NCBI GenBank assembly: GCA_027593235.1
Contig: JAQCIU010000006.1
Span: 32,001-96,000, forward strand
DNA: 64,000 nucleotides
Source of the DNA: Chloroflexota bacterium
GTDB taxonomy: Bacteria > Chloroflexota > Dehalococcoidia > UBA2979
Direction of reading: 5' to 3'
Shown one piece after another: positions 31,008 through 40,230 of this stretch. The stretch's first letter is position 1; each line of letters begins with the position of its first letter. Position numbers and translations under genes: made by a program. Below the pieces are notes generated by a model. It was not told the DNA's origin, did not search any database, and saw only the letters and a list, made by a program, of their open reading frames with translations.

Positions 31008-31996
31008 TACGGGATCCCAACGCCCTCAAGCAGGCGCGCCACCACGTCCTCGGGAGACACGCTCTGTGCCTCGGCCTCGTAGGTCAGCACCACGCGATGC
31101 CGCAACACGTCCGGTGCCAGCGCCTTCACGTCGTCCGGTGTCGCGTAGTCACGGCCCTGGACGAAGGCATATGCCTGCGCGCCACGCGCCAGGAACGTCG
31201 CGGCGCGGGGAGACGCGCCGTAATCGATCAGCGGCGTCAGGTCGTTCAACCGGTAGCGCGCCGGCTCTCGAGTCGCATCGATCAGCCGCAGGATGTACTC
31301 GCGCAGCGGCTCGTTCACCTCCACGGCCCGCACCGCAGGCCGCAGCGCCGCGATCTCCGCCGCCCCGGCCACTGCCTCCAGCGCCTCCGGTTCGGCATCG
31401 AGGGCCTGCTTCAGGATCGTGCGCTCGTCCTCGCGCCCCGGGTAGCCGACCAGGATTTTCAGCATGAAGCGGTCGAGCTGCGCTTCCGGCAGGGGGTAGG
31501 TCCCCTCCTGTTCAATCGGGTTCTGCGTCGCCAGCACCAGGAACGGATCCGGCAGCTTCAGCGTCTCTCCGCCGATCGAGACCTGCCGCTCCTGCATCGC
31601 CTCCAGCAGCGCCGATTGCACCTTCGCCGGCGCGCGGTTGATCTCGTCCGCCAGCACGATGTTCGCGAAGATCGGGCCGCGCCGTACCGCGAACTCGCCC
31701 TCCCGAGGGTTGAAGATCAGCGTCCCGGTGATGTCCGCCGGCAACAGGTCCGGCGTGAACTGCACCCGCGAGAAGCTCGCGTGCAGCACCTCAGCCAGGC
31801 TCTGCACCGTCAGCGTCTTCGCCAGCCCGGGCACGCCCTCGATCAGCGCGTGATTGTTGGTGAACAACGCCACCAGCAGGCGATCGATCAGCTCATGCTG
31901 ACCAACGATCACCCGTCCAATGCCGCCACGAATCGCCGAAACCACCTCGTGCAGGTGTTCGGGGGGCGTGAGCCGCTCTGCCGCCGGTTGCGCCAT
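31007..31996 (-). CDS. MoxR family AAA+ ATPase (module 2)
   Basis: [51 protein letters not shown]. Confidence 0.95.
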   Translation of the reverse strand: MAQPAAERLTPPEHLHEVVSAIRGGIGRVIVGQHELIDRLLVALFTNNHALIEGVPGLAKTLTVQSLAEVLHASFSRVQFTPDLLPADITGTLIFNPREGEFAVRRGPIFANIVLADEINRAPAKVQSALLEAMQERQVSIGGETLKLPDPFLVLATQNPIEQEGTYPLPEAQLDRFMLKILVGYPGREDERTILKQALDAEPEALEAVAGAAEIAALRPAVRAVEVNEPLREYILRLIDATREPARYRLNDLTPLIDYGASPRAATFLARGAQAYAFVQGRDYATPDDVKALAPDVLRHRVVLTYEAEAQSVSPEDVVARLLEGVGIP

Positions 31997-32071
31997 GTTC
32001 AGTCCACTGTCGATCGGAGGTGGGACGAACAGTCTACTGGTTGCGGCAGACCTTGAGGTGCAAGCGGGCGG

Positions 32072-35000
32072 CTACCCGCCGACGGCCGCGAACTCCCGCG
32101 CACCGCGCTCAACGCGCCCGATCTCCTCGACGCCACCGAGGACCCCGAGCAGCGCTCGCACCTCCGACACCATCCGCTCGGTCACGGATGCGTCCACCGC
32201 TCCGCGGCCCAGCCGCACGGCGCCGCCGTCGCGGCGGCGGATCAGCAGTTCCACCGGCAGCTCGCCCACGTGCCGATCGAGGAGCGCGCAGATCTTGCGC
32301 AACCGGCGGCGATCCGCCGCCTCGTCCGTCGTCTCCTCAAGTGAGATTCGCAGCCGGCGTGGCCCGTCATCGGAGGGGACGGACTCGTACACGGCGGGCT
32401 CCTCGGCTGCCTGGACGGGGCGCAAATACTGGCGCGAACCGCCATTCGGCGGCGGCCCACCCTGCGGCGGTCCGCTCGGTCGCGCCGCGTAGCCACCCGG
32501 TGCGCCCGGTGCGCCGGCCGCTTCCGGAGCCCGCGCGCGGCTCCCGTTGATCCGGAAGCGCGCCGGGTTCGAGTTGATGAGTTGCTTGGTATCAAGGTCG
32601 AACGCGGCCAGCTCCTGAGCAGCGACGGTCAGACGCCCGTTCCGCGAACGCACGTCAACCTTCGCCACCAGCACCGTCGCCTCGCGCAGCAGGTCGCGCA
32701 CTTCTTCGTAGCTGTCGGGCCAGATCGTCAGCTCCACCTGGCCGCTGAGATCCTCGAGGGTGAGTGCCGCGAAGGCCTTCCCCTGGCGCGTCGTCAGCGG
32801 GCGGACGTTGACCACCGTGCCGGCGACCACCGCCTTCTGCCCCGCCATCTCCTCGCTGAAGTCGATCGCCTGCGCCGTCACCATCTCCGACAGCGACCCG
32901 GCCGCGCGCTGGAATGGGTGCTCGGAGACGTACGTCCCCAGCAACTCCTTCTCCCACGCGAGCAGTTGCGGCGTCGGCACCTCCATCGGCTCGATCTCCA
33001 GCGCCGGCAGTGGCGTATCCACCTCGTCGCCGAACAGGTCGAACATCGAGGTCTGACCGGTTTCGCGCAGCCGCTGCTGCTCCTGTGCCACCGTGAGCAG
33101 GCGCTCCACGCCACCGATCACCGTGCCGCGCGGGCCGAGCACATCCAGTGCCCCGGCCTTCGCCAGCGAGTCGAGCACGCGCTTGTTCACCTCGCGTGGG
33201 TTCACCCGCTTCGCGAAGTCCTCCAGCGTGGTGAACGGCCCGTTTTCTTCGCGGTTCGCGATCAGCGTGTCGATCCCGCCCTCGCCGACGTTCTTGATCT
33301 GCGCCAGTCCGAAGCGGATCGCCGAACCGCCATCCGCGGTGCGCTCGATGCTGAAATTCGACAGCGAGCGGTTCACGTCCGGCTGCAGCACCCCGATGCC
33401 GAGCCGGCTGCATTCGGCAATCCCCGCTGCCAGCCGATCCTGCGTCCCGCCCGCGGCCATCAGCACCGCCGCCATGTATTCAACCGGGTAGTGCGCCTTC
33501 AAGTAGGCGGTCTGGTAGGCAATCGTCGCGTACGAGAACGCGTGCGCCTTGTTGAAGGCGTATCCCGCGAACGGCTCGATCAGGTCGAACAGCGTCTCCG
33601 CCAGCTGGCGGTCGTAGCCCTTTGCCACCCCGCCGGCGACGAAGTTCTCACGCTCCTCCACCATCACCGAGGCAATCTTCTTGCCCATCGCCTTCCGCAT
33701 CACGTCGGCCTGGCCGAGCGTGTACCCGGCGAACACGCGCGCGATCTGCAGCACCTGGTCCTGGTACGTGATGACGCCGTACGTCTCGTCCAGCAGCTCC
33801 GCGAGGTCCTGGTGCGGGTACACCGGCGCGGCGCGACCGTGCTTCACGTCGATGTAGCGCGGGATGTGCTCCATCGGGCCCGGCCGGAACAACGCGACCA
33901 TCGCCGCCAGCTCGGAGATGTTCGCCGGCTTCAGCTCCGCCACGTAGCGGCGCATGCCAGACGATTCCATCTGGAACACGCCGAAGGTCTCGGCGCGCGA
34001 CAGCAGTTCGGCGGTCGCCTCGTCGCCGTCGGGCAGCGCCATCAGGTCCAGCGCTTCGCCCTGTTGCTCCTCGATCAGCTTCACCGCACGACCAAGGATC
34101 GTGAGGTTCGTCAGCCCCAGGTAGTCGACCTTCAGCAGGCCGATCTTCTCGACGTCTGCCATCGCGTACTGGGTCGTCGGCAGCGCGTCTTCGTCCTTGG
34201 ACCCGGTCGCGCGCTGCAGCGGCACCACATCCATCAATGGCTCGCGCGAGATCACGATCCCCGCTGCGTGCGTCGACGCGTGCCGCGTCACACCCTCAAG
34301 GCTGCGCGCGGTATCGATCAGCTCGCGCGCCCGCACCTCGGTCTCGTAGACCTCGCCCAGCTCGCGCGACTGCTCCAGCGACTCATCGAGGGTGATGTGC
34401 AGCTGATCCGGGATCATCCGCGCGATGCGGTCGGTCTCGTCGAACGAGAACCCGAGGGCGCGCCCACTGTCGCGCACCGCCGCCTTCGGACCCAGCGTCC
34501 CGAACGTACAGATCTGCGCCACACGGTCGCGCCCGTAGCGCTCGGCGGTGTAGCGAATCACCTCTTCGCGGCGGTCATCCGCGAAGTCGAAGTCCACATC
34601 CGGCATCGACAGGCGCTCGGGGTTCAGGAAGCGCTCGAAGACGAGCCCGTACTGGAGCGGCTCAATGTCGGTGACGTCGGTCGTGTAGAGCACGATCGAG
34701 GCCGCGGCCGAACCGCGGACACCCATCGGAATCTCGCGCTCGTGCGCGAACCGCGCGAGGTCGCGGACGATCAGCATGTACTCGCCGAAGCCGGTCTGCT
34801 CGATCACGCTCAGCTCGTAGCGGAGTCGCTCGCGGTGCTCCTCGGTCGGATTGCCGTAGCGCCGCTCCAGGCCCTCTTCGCACAGCTCGCGCAGGTGCTC
34901 CATCGCCGTCATGCCCTCGGGCACACCGGCGTCTGGGAGCTGTGTGCGGCCGAACTCGAGCTTGAGGTCGACCTGTTCCGCGATCACGAGGGTGTTCGCA

Positions 35001-35773
35001 AAAGCCTCGGGCAGCTCCGGAATCAACCCGCGCATCTCGTCGGGCGACTTCAGATAGAACTCGTGATTTGGCAGCTTGAAGCGCTTCTCGTCCGTGATCG
35101 TCGCGTTCGTGCCGATGCAGAGCAGCACCTCGTGCGGCTGCGCGTGAGACGCCTCCACGTAGTGCGAGTCGTGCGTCAGGACGAGCGGGAGCTCCATGCG
35201 CTTCGCGATCGAAGCGATCTGCGGCGTCAGCGCGCTGAACTCCTCGATCCCGTGTTCCATGATCTCGAGGTAGTAGCGGCCCGGGAACACGTCGCGGTAC
35301 CAGCCCGCCACATCCATCGCGCCGGCCTCGTCGCCGTCGCGGATCGCCTTCAGGAACTCCCCGGACGGGCAGCCCGAGAGCACGATCAGGCCCTCCGAGT
35401 GCTCTTCCAGCAGCTCACGGTCCATCCGCGGCCGGCGATAGAAGCCCTCGAGGTGGGACTTGCTGGAGATCTTCAGCAGGTTCTTGTAGCCGGTCTCGTT
35501 CTGCGCCAGCAGCGTCAGGTGGTTGGGCCACTCACCGGACTTCTTCTCGTGCCGGCTGCCCGGCGCGACGTACCCCTCGAGGCCGATGATCGGCTTGATC
35601 CCGGCCTTCGTCGCTGAGTCGTACAGCTCCAACGCGCCGTACATCGCCCCGTGATCGGTCACCGCCAGCGCCGGCATTCCAAAGCTCGCAGCACGCGCCA
35701 CGAGATCCGGAATCTTCGACATCCCGTCCAGGAGCGAATACTCGGTGTGCGTATGAAGGTGGGCGAACGACAT
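32072..35773 (-). CDS. dnaE: DNA polymerase III alpha subunit
   Basis: MSFAHLHTHTEYSLLDG (PHP), RGSAAAS, FERFLNPER.SMPDVDFD, HAAG, YAFNKAH. Confidence 0.98.
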   Translation of the reverse strand: MSFAHLHTHTEYSLLDGMSKIPDLVARAASFGMPALAVTDHGAMYGALELYDSATKAGIKPIIGLEGYVAPGSRHEKKSGEWPNHLTLLAQNETGYKNLLKISSKSHLEGFYRRPRMDRELLEEHSEGLIVLSGCPSGEFLKAIRDGDEAGAMDVAGWYRDVFPGRYYLEIMEHGIEEFSALTPQIASIAKRMELPLVLTHDSHYVEASHAQPHEVLLCIGTNATITDEKRFKLPNHEFYLKSPDEMRGLIPELPEAFANTLVIAEQVDLKLEFGRTQLPDAGVPEGMTAMEHLRELCEEGLERRYGNPTEEHRERLRYELSVIEQTGFGEYMLIVRDLARFAHEREIPMGVRGSAAASIVLYTTDVTDIEPLQYGLVFERFLNPERLSMPDVDFDFADDRREEVIRYTAERYGRDRVAQICTFGTLGPKAAVRDSGRALGFSFDETDRIARMIPDQLHITLDESLEQSRELGEVYETEVRARELIDTARSLEGVTRHASTHAAGIVISREPLMDVVPLQRATGSKDEDALPTTQYAMADVEKIGLLKVDYLGLTNLTILGRAVKLIEEQQGEALDLMALPDGDEATAELLSRAETFGVFQMESSGMRRYVAELKPANISELAAMVALFRPGPMEHIPRYIDVKHGRAAPVYPHQDLAELLDETYGVITYQDQVLQIARVFAGYTLGQADVMRKAMGKKIASVMVEERENFVAGGVAKGYDRQLAETLFDLIEPFAGYAFNKAHAFSYATIAYQTAYLKAHYPVEYMAAVLMAAGGTQDRLAAGIAECSRLGIGVLQPDVNRSLSNFSIERTADGGSAIRFGLAQIKNVGEGGIDTLIANREENGPFTTLEDFAKRVNPREVNKRVLDSLAKAGALDVLGPRGTVIGGVERLLTVAQEQQRLRETGQTSMFDLFGDEVDTPLPALEIEPMEVPTPQLLAWEKELLGTYVSEHPFQRAAGSLSEMVTAQAIDFSEEMAGQKAVVAGTVVNVRPLTTRQGKAFAALTLEDLSGQVELTIWPDSYEEVRDLLREATVLVAKVDVRSRNGRLTVAAQELAAFDLDTKQLINSNPARFRINGSRARAPEAAGAPGAPGGYAARPSGPPQGGPPPNGGSRQYLRPVQAAEEPAVYESVPSDDGPRRLRISLEETTDEAADRRRLRKICALLDRHVGELPVELLIRRRDGGAVRLGRGAVDASVTERMVSEVRALLGVLGGVEEIGRVERGAREFAAVGG

Positions 35774-35998
35774 CGGGTCCCAGGCCTGCGCCGGCGGCGC
35801 GTTCGACGAATAGGGGCCTGTCAGCGGCACTATTCTGCTGATCGGTGTAGGCGACTACGCGAACGTCTGTGCGAAGTCACCGGACCCCGGACTCTACTCT
35901 CCTGCCTTGCCCCCTCGCAAGGCATCAGAACGTGCGTGCGCACGAGAGACCGGAAAGCGGAGCCGGCGACCTGCCGCACCTGCTCCCGGCCGGGTCAA

Positions 35999-37219
35999 TC
36001 AGTCCTCGCGGTCCAGTTCGAACGCGTCATGCAGCGAACGTACCGCGTCGCCAACCCGTGCGGAGGCGATCACGCAGGTAATACGGATATCGCTCGTCGA
36101 AATCATATCCACGTTGATGTTCTCGTCGAACAGCGTGCGGAACATCCGTGCCGCGAAGCCCGGCGCCGAGGCCATCCCGGTCCCGACAATCGAGACCGTG
36201 CCCAGGTCCGGCTCCGCAACCACCTCGGCGGCGCCCAGTTCGGCCTGCACGGACCCAACGACCCGCAGCGCGTCCTGCAGGTCCCCTGGCGCCACCGTGA
36301 ACGTCATGTCCGTCAGCTTCTCAACGCTCGCGTTCTGCACGATCGTGTCGACCGAAACGCCGGCTTCCGCCAGCGGCTCGAACAGGTTCGCCGCGATCCC
36401 GGGTCGGTCCGGCACGCCGCGCACCGTCACCTTCGCGATGTGGTCCTGGTGAGCGATCCCGCGGACTTTGTTGCCCTGTTCCATCGTCATCTCTCCATGG
36501 ATCAGCGTACCGGGGGCATCATCGTCGAAACTGCTCGCCACGCGGATCGCGACGCCGTATAGCTCGCCAATCTCTACCGCGCGCGCGTGCATCACCCGCG
36601 CGCCGGTCGTCGCCAGCTCCAACATCTCCTCGTAGCCGATGTCCCGCAGCGGCCGCGCCTTCGGGCAGATCCGAGGATCAGCCGTATACACGCCCGCCAC
36701 GTCTGTGAAGATCTCGCAGCGATCGGCATTCAACGCCGCCGCCAGCGCGACAGCCGTCGTGTCCGACCCGCCTCGACCGAAGGTCGTCACGTCGAAGTCC
36801 TCGGTGATGCCCTGGAAACCGGCGACGATCACGACCCGCCCGGCCTGTAGCTCGCGCTCCATCCGCTCGGTCTGAATCTCGGAGATGCGCGCCCGCCCGA
36901 ACACCGCCGTCGTGCGGATCCCCGCCTGCGCGCCGGTCAGACTGACCGCGTCGACGCCGATCTCGTGCAACGCCATCGACAGCAGCGTGCTCGTCACCAT
37001 TTCGCCGGTGGAGAGCAGCACGTCCAGCTCCCGCGCCGGCGGTTGGCCGGTGATCTCGGCCGCCAGCGACAGCAGCTCGTCGGTGCGGTCGCCCATCGCG
37101 GAGACCACCGCCACCACCTCGTCGCCTTGCGCGCGGCGCGTCTCCAGTCGGCGCGCGACGCGCTTGATGTGCTCCGCGGTGGCCACCGAGGACCCACCGT
37201 ACTTCTGTACGACACGCAT
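35999..37219 (-). CDS. lysC: Aspartate kinase
   Basis: [36 protein letters not shown]; two ACT domains. Confidence 0.95.
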   Translation of the reverse strand: MRVVQKYGGSSVATAEHIKRVARRLETRRAQGDEVVAVVSAMGDRTDELLSLAAEITGQPPARELDVLLSTGEMVTSTLLSMALHEIGVDAVSLTGAQAGIRTTAVFGRARISEIQTERMERELQAGRVVIVAGFQGITEDFDVTTFGRGGSDTTAVALAAALNADRCEIFTDVAGVYTADPRICPKARPLRDIGYEEMLELATTGARVMHARAVEIGELYGVAIRVASSFDDDAPGTLIHGEMTMEQGNKVRGIAHQDHIAKVTVRGVPDRPGIAANLFEPLAEAGVSVDTIVQNASVEKLTDMTFTVAPGDLQDALRVVGSVQAELGAAEVVAEPDLGTVSIVGTGMASAPGFAARMFRTLFDENINVDMISTSDIRITCVIASARVGDAVRSLHDAFELDRED

Positions 37220-37231
37220 CGCGGTGCCCGC

Positions 37232-38128
37232 TTACCCGGCGTCGACGAGCGTCGCGCCGGTCGTGCTCATCCGCGTCACCCGCGTCTCGGTCTCCAGGCC
37301 GTGCGAGGCCGCAACCTCGCGCATCGCGCCCGCGACCTCCTCGGCCTCCGCCTCGCGCGCGAATGCCGCGACGGTGGATCCGCCGCCGGACAGGTACACG
37401 CCCGGTGCCCCCGCGTCGCGAGCGGCCTGGAACAGTGCGTACATCGCCGGGAACAGCGTCGACCGCGCCGGTTGGTGCAACACGTCCTCGGTCGCCGTCC
37501 CCAGCAACTGGTAGCGCCCCTGTGTCAGCGCGCCCACCAGCAGTGCGGCACGGCCGATGTTGTGTACCGCCTGGTTCCGCGTCAGCCGTTCCGGGAGCCG
37601 CTTGCGCGACTCCTCCGTCGGCATCGAAAACTGCGGAATCAGCAGCACCAGGCGCAGGTCGTCGGGCGGATCAATCCCCAGGTGGACGATCCGGTCGTCA
37701 TCCTCCACCACGACGCGCAGGCCGCCAAACATCGCCGGAATGATGTTGTCGCCGTGCCCCTCCAGTCGAAACGCCAGCGGGACCAGTGCCTCGTAGTCTT
37801 GCCCGCCACCAATCAGCACGTTCGCCGCAATCAGCCCTGCCGCGCGCGCAGCGGCGGAAACGCCCAGGCCGCGCCCAACTGGTACGTCGCCCTGGTAACT
37901 CACGCTCAGCCCGCCGGGAGAGGCCACCCCGGCCTGTTGGTACAGCGAGAGCGCCGCGCTCGCCGCCATCTGCTCAATCGGCCCCTCCGGCGCGGGGACG
38001 CTCTCGTCGCTGGCCGTGATCGCGTAGCGCGCCGTCCAGTCGAGGGCGATGCCAAGGCTGTCGAAGCCCGGCCCAAGGTTGGCCGAGGTCGCAGGGACGT
38101 CAACGGTGACAGTCTGTGTTGGTGCCAT
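37232..38128 (-). CDS. thrB: Homoserine kinase
   Basis: VPATSANLGPGFDSLG, PVGRGLG, EGHGDN, LHQPAR, LSGGGST. Confidence 0.95.
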   Translation of the reverse strand: MAPTQTVTVDVPATSANLGPGFDSLGIALDWTARYAITASDESVPAPEGPIEQMAASAALSLYQQAGVASPGGLSVSYQGDVPVGRGLGVSAAARAAGLIAANVLIGGGQDYEALVPLAFRLEGHGDNIIPAMFGGLRVVVEDDDRIVHLGIDPPDDLRLVLLIPQFSMPTEESRKRLPERLTRNQAVHNIGRAALLVGALTQGRYQLLGTATEDVLHQPARSTLFPAMYALFQAARDAGAPGVYLSGGGSTVAAFAREAEAEEVAGAMREVAASHGLETETRVTRMSTTGATLVDAG

Positions 38129-38135
38129 GTACGCG

Positions 38136-38164
38136 AGTCTAGGAAGTGGCGTGATCAGCAGCAA
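38136..38164 (-). promoter_or_regulatory. Probable promoter of thrB-lysC (leaderless)
   Basis: Minus strand TTGCTG-17 nt-TAGACT, then 7 nt to ATG with no RBS. Confidence 0.55.
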
Positions 38165-38206
38165 ACATCAAGCCCAATCGCGCAAGGTTCTGATGACCGC
38201 GCAACC

Positions 38207-38234
38207 TTGGGCGTGAGATTACTTCACGTATACT
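38207..38234 (+). promoter_or_regulatory. Probable promoter of the thiolase, with a palindrome in the spacer
   Basis: TTGGGC-16 nt-TATACT; the spacer contains CGTGA-N7-TCACG. Confidence 0.5.
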
Positions 38235-38288
38235 TTTGATCTTGAAGCGACGCGCGACCGTCCACGGAGGCGGTCGAAGGGGGTCCCC

Positions 38289-39464
38289 GTGGAAGATATC
38301 GTCCTCACGAGTGGCGTGCGTACGGCCATCGGCACGTTTGGCGGCTCGTTGAGCGAAACCTCCGCCTCCGACCTCGCCGCGCACGTCATCCGCGAAGCGG
38401 TCAAGCGCGCCGGCATCGCCCCCGAGCACATCGATCAGGTCATCCTCGGTTGTGTCGGCCAGGTCGCCGAGGACGGGTACATCGCCCGCCATGCCTCCGT
38501 GAAGGGCGGCATGCCGATCAGCACCCCGGCTTACACCGTAAACCGCATCTGCGGCTCCGGCCTCGAAGCCATCAATAACGCCGCCCGCTGGCTCGAAACC
38601 GGCGATGCCGAGGTCGTCGTCGCAGGCGGCGCCGAGAACATGAGCATGATGCCGTTCCTCCTTCGCAAGGGACGCTATGGCTACAAGTACGGCCACAACA
38701 CCCTCGAAGACGCCACCATGCACCTGCTCACCGACCCCTTCGAGAGCATCCTCATGGGCGAAACCGCCGAGAACCTCGCCGAACGTTACGAGGTCTCGCG
38801 CGAAATCCAGGACGAGTACTCGCTCCGCTCGCAAGAGCGCGCCCTCCACGCCATCGAAGCCGGCTACTTCACCGAGCAGATCGCTCCCCTCGAGGTCCGC
38901 AAGGGCCGCGACACCATCACCTTCGACACCGACGAGCACCCCCGTGCCAGCTCGATGGAAGTGCTCGCCAAGCTCCGCCCTGTCTTCCGCGAGGGCGGCA
39001 GCGTCACCGCCGGCAACTCCTCGGGCATCAACGACGGCGCCGCCGCCGTTGTCGTCACCACCGCCTCCAAGGCCCGCGAACTCGGCATGAAGCCGCGTCT
39101 GCGACTCGTCGCTCGCGCCGAGTCCGGCGTCGACCCGTCGATCATGGGCAGCGGTCCGATCCCCGCCATCGAGAAGGTCATGGCCAAGTCCGGCCTCACC
39201 GTCGAAGACATGGACGTGATCGAACTCAACGAGGCGTTCGCCTCGGTCACCACCGCCTGCTCGGCCGTGCTGAACCTCCCGCTCGACAAGACCAACCCCA
39301 ACGGCGGCGCGATCGCCCTCGGCCACCCCGTCGGGGCGACCGGCGCGATCCTCACCGTGAAGGCCATGCACGAGCTGGAGCGCACCGGCGGCCGCTACGG
39401 CCTCGTCTCGCTCTGCATCGGCGGCGGCCAGGGCATCGCCACCATCTTCGAGCGCATCAGCTAG
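38289..39464 (+). CDS. Acetyl-CoA C-acetyltransferase (thiolase)
   Basis: RICGSG (Cys), TAGNSSGINDGAAA, NEAF, GHPVGATG, LCIGGGQG. Confidence 0.96.
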   Translation: MEDIVLTSGVRTAIGTFGGSLSETSASDLAAHVIREAVKRAGIAPEHIDQVILGCVGQVAEDGYIARHASVKGGMPISTPAYTVNRICGSGLEAINNAARWLETGDAEVVVAGGAENMSMMPFLLRKGRYGYKYGHNTLEDATMHLLTDPFESILMGETAENLAERYEVSREIQDEYSLRSQERALHAIEAGYFTEQIAPLEVRKGRDTITFDTDEHPRASSMEVLAKLRPVFREGGSVTAGNSSGINDGAAAVVVTTASKARELGMKPRLRLVARAESGVDPSIMGSGPIPAIEKVMAKSGLTVEDMDVIELNEAFASVTTACSAVLNLPLDKTNPNGGAIALGHPVGATGAILTVKAMHELERTGGRYGLVSLCIGGGQGIATIFERIS

Positions 39465-39503
39465 CCAACGCCGGCGGTTCCCCGCCTCCGAGGCCAGACG
39501 AAC

Positions 39504-39528
39504 AGACACCGCCCAATGGGCGGTGTCT
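39504..39528. terminator. Hairpin between the convergent thiolase and tmk genes
   Basis: Perfect inverted repeat AGACACCGCCC-AAT-GGGCGGTGTCT. Confidence 0.6.
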
Positions 39529-39574
39529 TGCTACCCGGCGCACTCCCGAGGCCCGCGCCGTCCCCGGCCATCGG

Positions 39575-40228
39575 TCAGGCCAGCCCGCGACCTTCGAGGT
39601 CACCGTGCAGCCGCGCCCAGACGCGCTCCGTCACCTCGCTCGCCGGCAGCGTTCCATCGAGGACCAGCCACCGCTCCGGCCCCGCCGCCGCGAGCGCCGC
39701 GAACCCGGCGCGAACGCGCTCGTGGAACCCGCCTTCGGCCCGTTCGAGGTAGTCGTCGGCTCCGGCGCGCCGTGCGTGCCCAACCGCCGGCTCCAGATCC
39801 AGCAGCACCGTCAGATCCGGCGTCAGCCCATCCGTTGCGATCGCGATTGCCGCCGCCACCACGTCCGCGGGCAGGCCCCGCCCGTACTGCTGATAAGCGA
39901 CCGTCGAATCCGCGAAGCGATCGCAGATCACCAGCGCGCCGCGGTCCAGCGCCGGCCGAATCAGCTCCGCCACCAGTTGCGCGCGCGAGGCCGCGAACAC
40001 CAGCAATTCCGCCCGCTCGTCGGTTTCACCGTCTGCCGAGGTCAGCAGCGCCGAGCGCAGTCGTTCGCCGAGCGCGGTCCCCCCCGGCTCACGCGTCGTC
40101 ACCGTCTCGATCCCGAGCGCGCGCGCCCGCTCGGCCAGCGCCGCGAGCTGCGTCGACTTGCCGGCGCCCTCGCCGCCTTCGAGCGTCACGAACCAGCCGC
40201 GTGCGTGGCGCGGAGCCTCCGAGGGCAT
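39575..40228 (-). CDS. tmk: Thymidylate kinase
   Basis: FVTLEGGEGAGKST, TREPGG, CDRFADSTVAYQ, PDLTVLLD. Confidence 0.95.
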   Translation of the reverse strand: MPSEAPRHARGWFVTLEGGEGAGKSTQLAALAERARALGIETVTTREPGGTALGERLRSALLTSADGETDERAELLVFAASRAQLVAELIRPALDRGALVICDRFADSTVAYQQYGRGLPADVVAAAIAIATDGLTPDLTVLLDLEPAVGHARRAGADDYLERAEGGFHERVRAGFAALAAAGPERWLVLDGTLPASEVTERVWARLHGDLEGRGLA

Positions 40229-40230
40229 CG

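Noticed and set aside
32582-35617. 1011-aa ORF antisense to dnaE, and similar long antisense ORFs (61565-63880, 46404-47942, 38139-39509, 24138-25481)
   Set aside because: These are shadow frames caused by strong GC3 bias. They show no recognisable motifs and fully overlap well-identified genes.
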